A DNA stretch of 64,000 bases, from positions 77,798 to 141,797 of the forward strand of contig JAFZQH010000030.1 in the NCBI GenBank assembly GCA_017550165.1, read 5' to 3'. The notes under the pieces were generated by a model. It was not told where the DNA came from. It did no database searches and saw only the letters and a program-made list of their open reading frames with translations. This document shows positions 38,670 through 46,684 of this stretch, piece by piece. This DNA is from Lachnospiraceae bacterium. GTDB taxonomy: Bacteria > Bacillota > Clostridia > Lachnospirales > Lachnospiraceae. Both the position numbers and the translations under genes were made by a program. How positions within the stretch are numbered: position 1 is the first letter of the stretch; each line of letters starts with the position of its first letter.

Positions 38670-40304
38670 TTATTCCTCATTTTCACGTGCTACCAGATTC
38701 TCTGCCCCGAAGATCTTACGGAGCTTGGGCTTCTCGATCTTGCCGGTGGCATTTCTGGGGATATCGGCAAATATAACTTCCTTCGGTCTCTTGTAACGCT
38801 GCATTCCCAGACAGAACTCGTCGATCTCTTCTCTGGTGCAGGTCATGCCCTCCTTGATCTCGATAATGGCAGCGGTCTTCTCCCCGTTACGCTTGTCGGG
38901 AAGGCCGATGACAGCCACATCCTTGACCTTGTCGAACTTGCGGATGAAATTCTCGATCTCCACGGGATAGATGTTCTCGCCACCGGAAATGATGACATCC
39001 TTCTTACGGTCAACAAGGAAATAAAAACCGTCTTCGTCCTGCTTAGCCATGTCTCCCGTAAGAAGCCAGCCGTCTTTTAATACTTCCGCGGTGGCCTCTT
39101 CGTTATTGTAATAGCAGGTCATGACTCCGGGACCCTTTACACAAAGTTCTCCGACCTCGCCCTGCTTAACCTCTTGGCCGTTGTCAGCGATGATCTTGCA
39201 TTCCCAGCGGTATCCCGGAATACCGATGGCGCCTACCTTGTGGATATTCTCCACTCCCAGATGAACGCACCCGGGACCTGTGGACTCGGAGAGACCGTAG
39301 TTGGTATCATAATCATGATCCGGGAAGTAAGTCTTCCATCTCTTGATAAGTGAGGGCGGCACGGGCTGGGCGCCGATGTGCATGAGCCTCCACTGCTTAG
39401 TCTCGTAAGTCTCAAGGGAAATGTCTCCCCGATCCAAGGCATCCAGTATATCCTGACACCAGGGGACCAAAAGCCATACTATGGTGCAGTTCTCATTTGA
39501 TACGGCAGACATGATATCTTCAGGCGACGTTCCCTTTAAGAGAACAGCCCTGCTGCCTGCCACCAGGGATCCCATCCAGTGGAACTTGGCCCCGGTGTGA
39601 TACAGGGGCGGAATGCAAAGGAAGCAGTCACCTCTTCCGGTACTGTGGTGCTTTTGCTCCATCTGAGCCGCCTGAGTAAGGCTCTGGTGCTTATGAAGGA
39701 TCGCTTTGGGAAAACCGGTGGTACCGGATGAAAAGTAAATGGCGCCGTAATCGTCCTCGTAAATGGGCACATTAGGAGGCATGGAGGAGCAGTTGGCCAC
39801 CATCTCCAGATAGCTTTCCGCGAAGCTGGGGCAGTTATCTCCCACATAGATAAGAAGCCTGTTTTTCATAAGTTTCTCCGCGTTCTGCTCTATACGTCCT
39901 ATAAATTCCGGTCCGAACACGATGATATCCACTTCCGCCAGTTCGGCACAGTATAATATCTCGTCAGCATCATATCTGAAATTAAAAGGCACTGCGATAC
40001 AGCCCGCCTTCAATACTCCGAAATAAATGGGCAGCCACTCCAGGCAGTTATACATGATGATGGCTACCTTCTGGCCCTTCCTCATGCCTCTGGCCAGGAT
40101 CATATTGGCGAAGCGGTTGGCTTTCTCGTCAAATACGCTCCAGGTGATCTCCCGGCGGTAGGGTTCCTCACTGGTGGGCTGCATCAGCTCGTACTCCCTC
40201 CAGGTGATCCTCCTGGTCTCCTTCTCCCCCGGGTTAAGCTCCACCAGAGCAACCTCGTTAGGATATTGTCTCGCATTTCTCTCAAGATATTCTATAACAG
40301 GCAT
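38670..40304 (-). CDS. AMP-dependent acyl-CoA synthetase/ligase.
   Basis: AMP-binding motif YFSSGTTGFPKAILH; GWLLTGDMA; adenylate-forming C-terminal IPRNATGKI. Confidence 0.85.
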   Translation of the reverse strand: MPVIEYLERNARQYPNEVALVELNPGEKETRRITWREYELMQPTSEEPYRREITWSVFDEKANRFANMILARGMRKGQKVAIIMYNCLEWLPIYFGVLKAGCIAVPFNFRYDADEILYCAELAEVDIIVFGPEFIGRIEQNAEKLMKNRLLIYVGDNCPSFAESYLEMVANCSSMPPNVPIYEDDYGAIYFSSGTTGFPKAILHKHQSLTQAAQMEQKHHSTGRGDCFLCIPPLYHTGAKFHWMGSLVAGSRAVLLKGTSPEDIMSAVSNENCTIVWLLVPWCQDILDALDRGDISLETYETKQWRLMHIGAQPVPPSLIKRWKTYFPDHDYDTNYGLSESTGPGCVHLGVENIHKVGAIGIPGYRWECKIIADNGQEVKQGEVGELCVKGPGVMTCYYNNEEATAEVLKDGWLLTGDMAKQDEDGFYFLVDRKKDVIISGGENIYPVEIENFIRKFDKVKDVAVIGLPDKRNGEKTAAIIEIKEGMTCTREEIDEFCLGMQRYKRPKEVIFADIPRNATGKIEKPKLRKIFGAENLVARENEE

Positions 40305-40447
40305 GATAGCAGTCCTTTCTTTTAAGTCACTTTCTCGCTTTAAAGTGTAACGCTTTAAATCGTCCCACTAACTTAAAATTGTACCACGGGACAACCTCAA
40401 ATACAAGAGGAGACGGAAAGGGACGGGGGCATACGCCTGCCTCCTCC

Positions 40448-40475
40448 TTGCTTATTTTTATTATTGTGCTATACT
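40448..40475 (+). promoter_or_regulatory. Putative sigma-A promoter of rubrerythrin.
   Basis: TTGCTT, 16-nt spacer, TGC-TATACT (extended -10), about 40 nt upstream of ATG 40517. Confidence 0.4.
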
Positions 40476-40516
40476 TTACTTCACAATATTGTTTTTTGTG
40501 AAAGGAGAATGGTGAT

Positions 40517-41056
40517 ATGGCTAACAAGTACGCAGGAACTAAGACTGAAAAGAACTTACTGGAGGCCTTTGCGGGGGAGTCCCAGGCAAGAAACAAGTAC
40601 ACATATTTTGCTTCCAAGGCAAAAAAAGAGGGATACGAGCAGATATCCGCCCTCTTCCTTAAGACGGCTGACAATGAGAAGGAACATGCGAAAATGTGGT
40701 TCAAGGAGCTGGAAGGCATCGGTGATACTGCAGAGAACCTTAAGGCTGCAGCTGACGGTGAAAACTTCGAGTGGACCGATATGTATGAAGGCTTCGCAAA
40801 GACCGCCGAGGAAGAAGGTTTCCCGGAACTGGCTAAGAAATTCCGCCTGGTAGCTGCCATCGAGAAGCACCATGAGGAGAGATACCGTGCACTCCTTAAG
40901 AACGTTGAAGCTCAGGAAGTATTCAAGAAGAGCGAAGTCAAGGTATGGGAGTGCAGGAACTGCGGACATATCGTTGTTGGAGAGAAGGCTCCCGATGTAT
41001 GTCCCACATGCGACCACCCACAGGCATATTTCGAAGTTAACGCAGAAAACTATTAA
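40517..41056 (+). CDS. rbr: Rubrerythrin.
   Basis: [23 protein letters not shown] ferritin-like di-iron domain, plus a C-terminal rubredoxin-like CRNCG...CPTCDHP. Confidence 0.9.
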   Translation: MANKYAGTKTEKNLLEAFAGESQARNKYTYFASKAKKEGYEQISALFLKTADNEKEHAKMWFKELEGIGDTAENLKAAADGENFEWTDMYEGFAKTAEEEGFPELAKKFRLVAAIEKHHEERYRALLKNVEAQEVFKKSEVKVWECRNCGHIVVGEKAPDVCPTCDHPQAYFEVNAENY

Positions 41057-41075
41057 AACATATGATCATACATTA

Positions 41076-41106
41076 GATAAGACAGGGGACCGTCCCCTGT
41101 CTTATC
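41076..41106. terminator. Bidirectional hairpin (AAGACAGGGGAC subtype).
   Basis: GATAAGACAGGGGAC-C-GTCCCCTGTCTTATC, located between convergent genes. Confidence 0.6.
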
Positions 41107-41119
41107 CTGATATTATTCG

Positions 41120-43699
41120 TTACTTTTTCTTCTTGGAAGTAACTGTTATCTTGCAGGTACCGAACTGTCCGCTGCCGTCTGTAGCAAACGCGGTCACATA
41201 AGCTTCTCCTGCAGCTTTTCCCTTGACATTTCCGTTCTTGTCAACGGTAACCTTAGAAGGATCGGATGTCTCCCATCTAAGTTTCTTGTTGGCCGCATTG
41301 GAGGGCTTGATGGTAGCCTTCAGTTTTGCCTTTTTCCCTACTGCAACCTTAGTATCCTTGAGAGTAATGGATTTAATCCTGACAAGTTCCACCTTAACCT
41401 TAACTGACTGGCTTGCTCCGCCGCCGTCTGCAGCAGTTGCGGTAATGGTCACAGTACCCTCTTTCTTGCCTTTCACTACACCCTTCTGGGTCACGGAAGC
41501 GATATTGGGGTCGCTGGACTCCCATATGAGCTTCTTATTGGCTGCCTTGGTGGGCTTAACGGTGGCCTTTATGGTAACCGTGCCCTTCAGCTTTTTAATG
41601 GTATAGGATTTCTTGTCAAATTTAATGCTGGTAACCAGCTTAGCCGTAGTTACTGTTACCTTGCATGTTGCCACTACCTTGTTCTTTATGTTCTTTACTC
41701 TGATCTCGGCTTTCCCGTTGGCTAATGCCTTAACCAAACCGGTCTGGTCAACTGTTGCAACCCCGGGTTTACTGCTCTCCCAGGTAATGTATGCTCCTTT
41801 AGGCTTAACTGTGGCCGTGAGCTTGCCGGTGGTGCCCTTGTTCATCTTCAAGGATGTGGGCTTTAATGTGACAGTTGCCGGATTGGGATCCGGAACAGTT
41901 GCCGTAAATGTTGCCTTTTTTCCACCGTCTGCCGTGGTTGCCGTAATGGTTGTGGTTCCCGGTTTTAAAGCCTTGACCGTAGCCTTAAGGGGATTGCCGC
42001 TGACCGGAGTTACCGTTGCAACAGCCGTGTTGGAACTGGTCCAGTTAACCGTCTTAATGGTGGCATCGGCAGGACTTATGGTAGCAGTCAGGGTTACCGG
42101 GGTATTGATCTCCACAAGACCGGAGGTCTTATCAAGTTTAATGCCGGTAACGTCGACGTTGTTGACGGTAACTTTACATGTTGCAGTATAACCGCCATCT
42201 GCCGTAGTGACGATAATGTTTGTTGATCCCTTTTTAAGGGCAGTAACCGTGGCTTTTAAACCATTAGATGTTACCTTTGCAACACTCGCATCGGTGCTTC
42301 TCCAGGAAACATTCTGGTTCCCGGCATAGGTTGGATTAAGGGTTGCCGTCAGTTCCACTGACGGATTTCTTCCCATAGTAAGGGTAGCACTGGTCTGACT
42401 CAGCGAAACACCCTTAACCGGAGTAAGTTCAACAGGGGCACTTGCATAATCAGTCAGTTTAATATTTTCTTCGCGATTGTGTACCTTCTCTGCAAAGAAA
42501 TATATGTGACGTCCTGTCAGATCACAGCCGGAGATATCAAATGAAGGCTCTCCGGAAAGAGTATTTGTCGCTTTTGTAAAATATCCTCTAATCTTGGCAT
42601 TCGGATCATTATAAGCCCCTTCTGTAACTATCACAGAGATATGATCAAAACTTCCGCCGGCTGTATAGGGAATAGTTAATAAATTCCCCGATATTGTCGG
42701 GCTTTTTCCACTCTGAAGCTGTGCGGTTATTGAACTGTCTTTTACCGTGAGCTTGTACTCACCTTTGTTCGACCCATCAGTTTCTTTAATCCTTGTGGCA
42801 AACAAAACCTTTGAAAGGTCAATATTAAAAGCCGGGCTTATGCCTGGTCCAAATTTTTGATTACTTATATCAGCATCAGGATAATAGGTTTGGTCCGCAT
42901 AGTATGCTCCAATGTGACCCTCATAATATAAACAAGCTACAGGTCCATCGGATAAAGGGCTTCTCAACCACCAGTGTCTGTAATGATCAAAGGCCGTTTC
43001 ATACTCTGTTTCAGAACCGGCAGTCCCATAATTACACAGCTTTTTTCGATTATTTACATAGGAAACCCCATTAGAATATCCATAGTTCCTATTTGTCGCC
43101 TCCTGTCCGTCCAGCAGAAAAACAGTGTCCTCATTCAGAGGCGCATAAAAAATAGCTGGGTTATCCAAAGATCCCGAAGTATCGCTATTTCTTGTACTCT
43201 TTGCTATAGCATTTCTCTCTGCAGGAGAAAAATAAGAATCGTCTAAAAGAAAGGCAGCCGAATTAAGCTTTGCTTTAATGCTGCTGTCCTTCCATACATT
43301 TGTAAGCGGAACATGGTCATCAAACTTATCCTTCCATAACACCCAGTCACAGTCAAGGAGCATGGTCTTTCCGCCGTAATCTTCTGTATATGGCGCAAGG
43401 ACACGATATTTTATCGGTTCCTTAGCATGGGCGTTCCCGAGATAATCTTTATCATATTGTCCGAACCATACATAGCTTCCGGTCCATACTGCATCTTTAT
43501 TAGCCGGAGCAGTCGGAGCATCAATACCGCTCGTTCCCAATGTAGTATTAGTTGCACTCTTCGTAAACTCTACGTCAGCATGCACCATAGCCGGGTTCGC
43601 TATCCCTCCCATAAGGGTCAGGGCCATGGAAAACGCCGTTATATTGGTGATGGCACGTTTGATCAGGCCTCTCTCATTATTCTTTCTCATTCTTTTCAT
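41120..43699 (-). CDS. Secreted or cell-surface protein with an N-terminal DUF6273-like domain and about six Big_2 (bacterial Ig-like) repeats.
   Basis: Signal peptide (AFSMALTLMGGIANPAMVHA). Repeated units of about 85 aa of the form VxSVxLxxxxxxLxxGxxxxLxATVxPxxAxNKxLxWxSSDxxxATV. Confidence 0.7.
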   Translation of the reverse strand: MKRMRKNNERGLIKRAITNITAFSMALTLMGGIANPAMVHADVEFTKSATNTTLGTSGIDAPTAPANKDAVWTGSYVWFGQYDKDYLGNAHAKEPIKYRVLAPYTEDYGGKTMLLDCDWVLWKDKFDDHVPLTNVWKDSSIKAKLNSAAFLLDDSYFSPAERNAIAKSTRNSDTSGSLDNPAIFYAPLNEDTVFLLDGQEATNRNYGYSNGVSYVNNRKKLCNYGTAGSETEYETAFDHYRHWWLRSPLSDGPVACLYYEGHIGAYYADQTYYPDADISNQKFGPGISPAFNIDLSKVLFATRIKETDGSNKGEYKLTVKDSSITAQLQSGKSPTISGNLLTIPYTAGGSFDHISVIVTEGAYNDPNAKIRGYFTKATNTLSGEPSFDISGCDLTGRHIYFFAEKVHNREENIKLTDYASAPVELTPVKGVSLSQTSATLTMGRNPSVELTATLNPTYAGNQNVSWRSTDASVAKVTSNGLKATVTALKKGSTNIIVTTADGGYTATCKVTVNNVDVTGIKLDKTSGLVEINTPVTLTATISPADATIKTVNWTSSNTAVATVTPVSGNPLKATVKALKPGTTTITATTADGGKKATFTATVPDPNPATVTLKPTSLKMNKGTTGKLTATVKPKGAYITWESSKPGVATVDQTGLVKALANGKAEIRVKNIKNKVVATCKVTVTTAKLVTSIKFDKKSYTIKKLKGTVTIKATVKPTKAANKKLIWESSDPNIASVTQKGVVKGKKEGTVTITATAADGGGASQSVKVKVELVRIKSITLKDTKVAVGKKAKLKATIKPSNAANKKLRWETSDPSKVTVDKNGNVKGKAAGEAYVTAFATDGSGQFGTCKITVTSKKKK

Positions 43700-43904
43700 T
43701 CACTCCTCTTCATTTCCGTAAATTATTAAACTACCCCGGGAAAGTCGTCCATGGCTTTCCCCACGCCTTTTATTCTACCACAGAGTCACCCTCTCGTCAC
43801 TTGTTATTTTATTTCCTGTGATGATCCTGTCACCTTTCCCCCGTATCTTTTCCCTCATTTACCCCTTATCTTCTTTAAAATATTCTTTATTGAAATATAT
43901 GGTG

Positions 43905-43933
43905 TTGTTAAGATGAATTTAATGGTTTATAAT
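43905..43933 (+). promoter_or_regulatory. Putative sigma-A promoter of the EAL/HDOD gene.
   Basis: TTGTTA, 17-nt spacer, TATAAT, about 30 nt upstream of ATG 43962. Confidence 0.45.
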
Positions 43934-43961
43934 GGATATGGTTAAAGGAGGAGGAAGATAC

Positions 43962-45185
43962 ATGCTAGCAACACTTATCCCGCTTTTTGATAATTCAATG
44001 AACGTCATTGCTTACTCCGTCTTTGCACAGAGGGAGAATCTGCTGGCCAACCCGGGCTTACTGGGCACCAGGCATCTTGATATGGCTGCGACGGTCCAGG
44101 GCTTCGAGATCGTCAACAATATGGGGATCGACTCCCTGACAGATGATCGATGCGTTTTCATTGAGGTTAACAACGTTTCCATTTTTTCGAACATAGAGGA
44201 CGCATGCCACGCCAGTCCTTCAAAAGTGATCCTGCTGGCAGACAAGTCCATTGAGCCCAATGATGAGTATATCCAGAGGATGACCCAGCTAAAGGAAAGA
44301 GGGTTTTCTCTTGCCATCAAGGGCCTGGCTTATAACCAGTTTGATGAATATTCATACATGCTCAAGCTCATGGATTATATCCTCTTGGATCCCAAGCGCA
44401 TGAACATCAATGTGGCCAAGTCTTATTTCTCCGCACATTTCCCCAATCTGAAGCTGGTTGCGGTGGATGTTAATTCCCGGGAGGAATATGAGGCGCTGAC
44501 GGAGAAGGAAGGCTACGCTCTCTACGAGGGTGAGTTCTTCAGAGTTCCCATTACATCAGGTGATACCGAGGTTGCCCCCTTGAAGGCGACTTATATAGAA
44601 CTTCTTAACGTGGTCAATGCTCCGGACTTCGAGCTGACGGAAGCAGCGGATGTCATTTCCAGGGATACCGCCCTCGTAATCTCCCTGCTGGAGATCGTTA
44701 ACAGGATGTCCCGCAACTCTGAGATCACTTCCGTAAGACATGCTGCGGCTATGCTGGGACAGAAGGAGCTTAAGAAATGGATCAACACTGCCCTTACCAA
44801 AGAGCTTTGCGCCGACAGGCCCAGTGAGATCACCAGGCTGTCCCTGCTTCGGGCCAAATTTGCCGAGAATCTGGCCCCCGTATTCGAAAAGGCCATGTTC
44901 TCAGGAGAACTTTTCCTTATGGGACTTTTCTCCGTGCTGGACATCATCCTTGACAAGCCTATGGAAGAAGCCCTTTCCATGGTCCAGGTCAGCAAGGAGA
45001 TCCACACCGCTCTGGTGGAGCGTAAAGGTGAATTCGCAACGGTGCTTAAGTTCATAGAGGCTTATGAGAACGCTTCATTCCAGGAAGCATCCAGACAGAT
45101 GATGCTGCTCCAGATCAGTGATGACAAGGTCTACACCGCCTATGTTGATGTACTGAAATGGTACAGCGATATGTTCCTTAAGTAA
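43962..45185 (+). CDS. EAL-like (apparently degenerate) plus HDOD domain signalling protein (YuxH/COG3434-like).
   Basis: ATG 43962 follows AAAGGAGGAGG. The N-terminus (LIPLFDNSMNVIAYSVFAQ) parallels the QPIF..V.AYELLYR region of YuxH-type EAL domains. The C-terminus has an HDOD-like region (ISRDTALVISLLEIVNRMS...AAAMLGQKELKKW). Confidence 0.6.
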   Translation: MLATLIPLFDNSMNVIAYSVFAQRENLLANPGLLGTRHLDMAATVQGFEIVNNMGIDSLTDDRCVFIEVNNVSIFSNIEDACHASPSKVILLADKSIEPNDEYIQRMTQLKERGFSLAIKGLAYNQFDEYSYMLKLMDYILLDPKRMNINVAKSYFSAHFPNLKLVAVDVNSREEYEALTEKEGYALYEGEFFRVPITSGDTEVAPLKATYIELLNVVNAPDFELTEAADVISRDTALVISLLEIVNRMSRNSEITSVRHAAAMLGQKELKKWINTALTKELCADRPSEITRLSLLRAKFAENLAPVFEKAMFSGELFLMGLFSVLDIILDKPMEEALSMVQVSKEIHTALVERKGEFATVLKFIEAYENASFQEASRQMMLLQISDDKVYTAYVDVLKWYSDMFLK

Positions 45186-45203
45186 GATAACAGCGAGTTT
45201 TTC

Positions 45204-45231
45204 AGGGGTCCGGCAGTGACCCCTTTTTTTT
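45204..45231 (+). terminator. Intrinsic terminator.
   Basis: AGGGGTC-cggcagt-GACCCCT followed by TTTTTTTT. Confidence 0.7.
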
Positions 45232-45274
45232 ATCTGCAAAAGAGTGTATAATGTAGGGCACGGGGGGGAGTAAT

Positions 45275-46684
45275 TTGAATAACAAAACCAGATTTCATTC
45301 TATTTCCAGAAGGCTGCCCATAACCATAGCAGTCAGTTTTCTGATCTTGATCGCTATTTTCGTATCTGTTACCTATATTCACGTTGAAAAGCGTATGATC
45401 GAAGAGTACCGCCGGATGGCCGACGGTGTCACCAATCTTATGATAGCGGACCTGGATCCGGATAAGATGGATTATTATATCGAAAAGAATTACAGTTCAC
45501 CGGAGTACATGTCCATTATGAAGCACTATTACCTGCTCAAGGACAACACTCCCGATGTGTTCTATATGTATGTCTATCGTTTCTATAAGGAAGGAAATGA
45601 ACCTGCAGGCACCATAATCATCGACCTGGAGGACGAGTATACCGATACCCCCAACCAGGTGAGCATAGACTGGGTCGGTGGGAAATACGAGGTTCTTGAG
45701 CCATTTGCCTCCAAGATCGATGAACTGATCGGAAGCCCTGATCCCGTATATGAGACGGCTTTTTCCGAAGAAGACGGCTATCTTCTTTCCTTTGCTAAAC
45801 CCATTTTCAATAAGGAAGGCAAATACGTGGCCAGTGCATGCGTGGATTTTTCCATGCAGGAGCTTCACGGCCAGAATATCCGGTTTATCATCACACTGGC
45901 CGCCATCCTGTTAGCAGCAGGCCTGATCATCCTGATCCTTTCCATAGCTGTCCTTAGGCATATGGTCACCACCCCGCTGCTGGCCATTTCCGACACTGTC
46001 TCCGGCTTTAAGTATGATACCGAGGAGGATCGAAAGGAGAATCTTGAGAAGCTTCAAGGCCTGAACCTTCATTCCCGTAACGAGATCGGGACCCTCTATG
46101 ATGCTCTGCTGACAGCCGAAAAGGACAGTTCCTATTACATGAGCAATTACATCAAGGCTGAGGATGAGATCAGTGTCAAGAACGAGACCATCCACACCCT
46201 GGGCAACCTGGCCCTGCGGGACGAAATGACCAATGTGGGCAACAAAGCCGCATTTACCTCCCAGATCACCGACATCCGGGACGATGATGAATACGGTATT
46301 GTCCTTATGGACGCCAATAACCTGAAGATGATAAATGATAACTACGGCCATGATGCCGGAGATGAGTACATTAAAGGCTGCTGTGATATATTATGCAGCG
46401 TGTTCTCCCATTCTCCGGTGTTCAGGATCGGCGGCGACGAATTTGCCGTGATCCTTAAAGGCCGCGACTATAACGAGCGCCACGAACTGGTGGATAAGAT
46501 CAGAGCCAGATTTGAAGAGACATGGGCAGCAAATGAAGATGATCCCGTCCACAGATATTCTGCCTCAATAGGTATCGCCGACTCTACCAGTTGCAGAAGT
46601 CCCAGAGAGACCATTAAGACCGCGGATGATAACATGTACGAAGATAAGAAGGCATTTAAGGAGAAGTATGGAAGCTACAGATAA
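45275..46684 (+). CDS. Membrane-anchored sensor diguanylate cyclase (GGDEF).
   Basis: TTG start after GGGGGAG. TM, extracytoplasmic domain of about 170 aa, second TM, then GGDEF with RIGGDEFAVIL. Confidence 0.8.
   Translation: MNNKTRFHSISRRLPITIAVSFLILIAIFVSVTYIHVEKRMIEEYRRMADGVTNLMIADLDPDKMDYYIEKNYSSPEYMSIMKHYYLLKDNTPDVFYMYVYRFYKEGNEPAGTIIIDLEDEYTDTPNQVSIDWVGGKYEVLEPFASKIDELIGSPDPVYETAFSEEDGYLLSFAKPIFNKEGKYVASACVDFSMQELHGQNIRFIITLAAILLAAGLIILILSIAVLRHMVTTPLLAISDTVSGFKYDTEEDRKENLEKLQGLNLHSRNEIGTLYDALLTAEKDSSYYMSNYIKAEDEISVKNETIHTLGNLALRDEMTNVGNKAAFTSQITDIRDDDEYGIVLMDANNLKMINDNYGHDAGDEYIKGCCDILCSVFSHSPVFRIGGDEFAVILKGRDYNERHELVDKIRARFEETWAANEDDPVHRYSASIGIADSTSCRSPRETIKTADDNMYEDKKAFKEKYGSYR

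Noticed and set aside
40327-40860. 177-aa minus-strand ORF overlapping the rubrerythrin start region.
   Set aside because: It is antisense to the highly recognisable rubrerythrin gene and spans its promoter. Its sequence is Ser/Ala-rich and low-complexity, and it has no RBS.
43700-43900. Possible c-di-GMP riboswitch in the leader of the Big_2 surface-protein gene, which sits next to the c-di-GMP signalling cluster.
   Set aside because: Only a vague GGGGAAAGCC resemblance and a local hairpin (GGGAAAG/CTTTCCC) are present. The GEMM-I/II conserved cores (GCAAA...GACGCAAAGCC, or the ACGCACA/CCCGCC pseudoknot) are not. A covariance-model scan would settle it.
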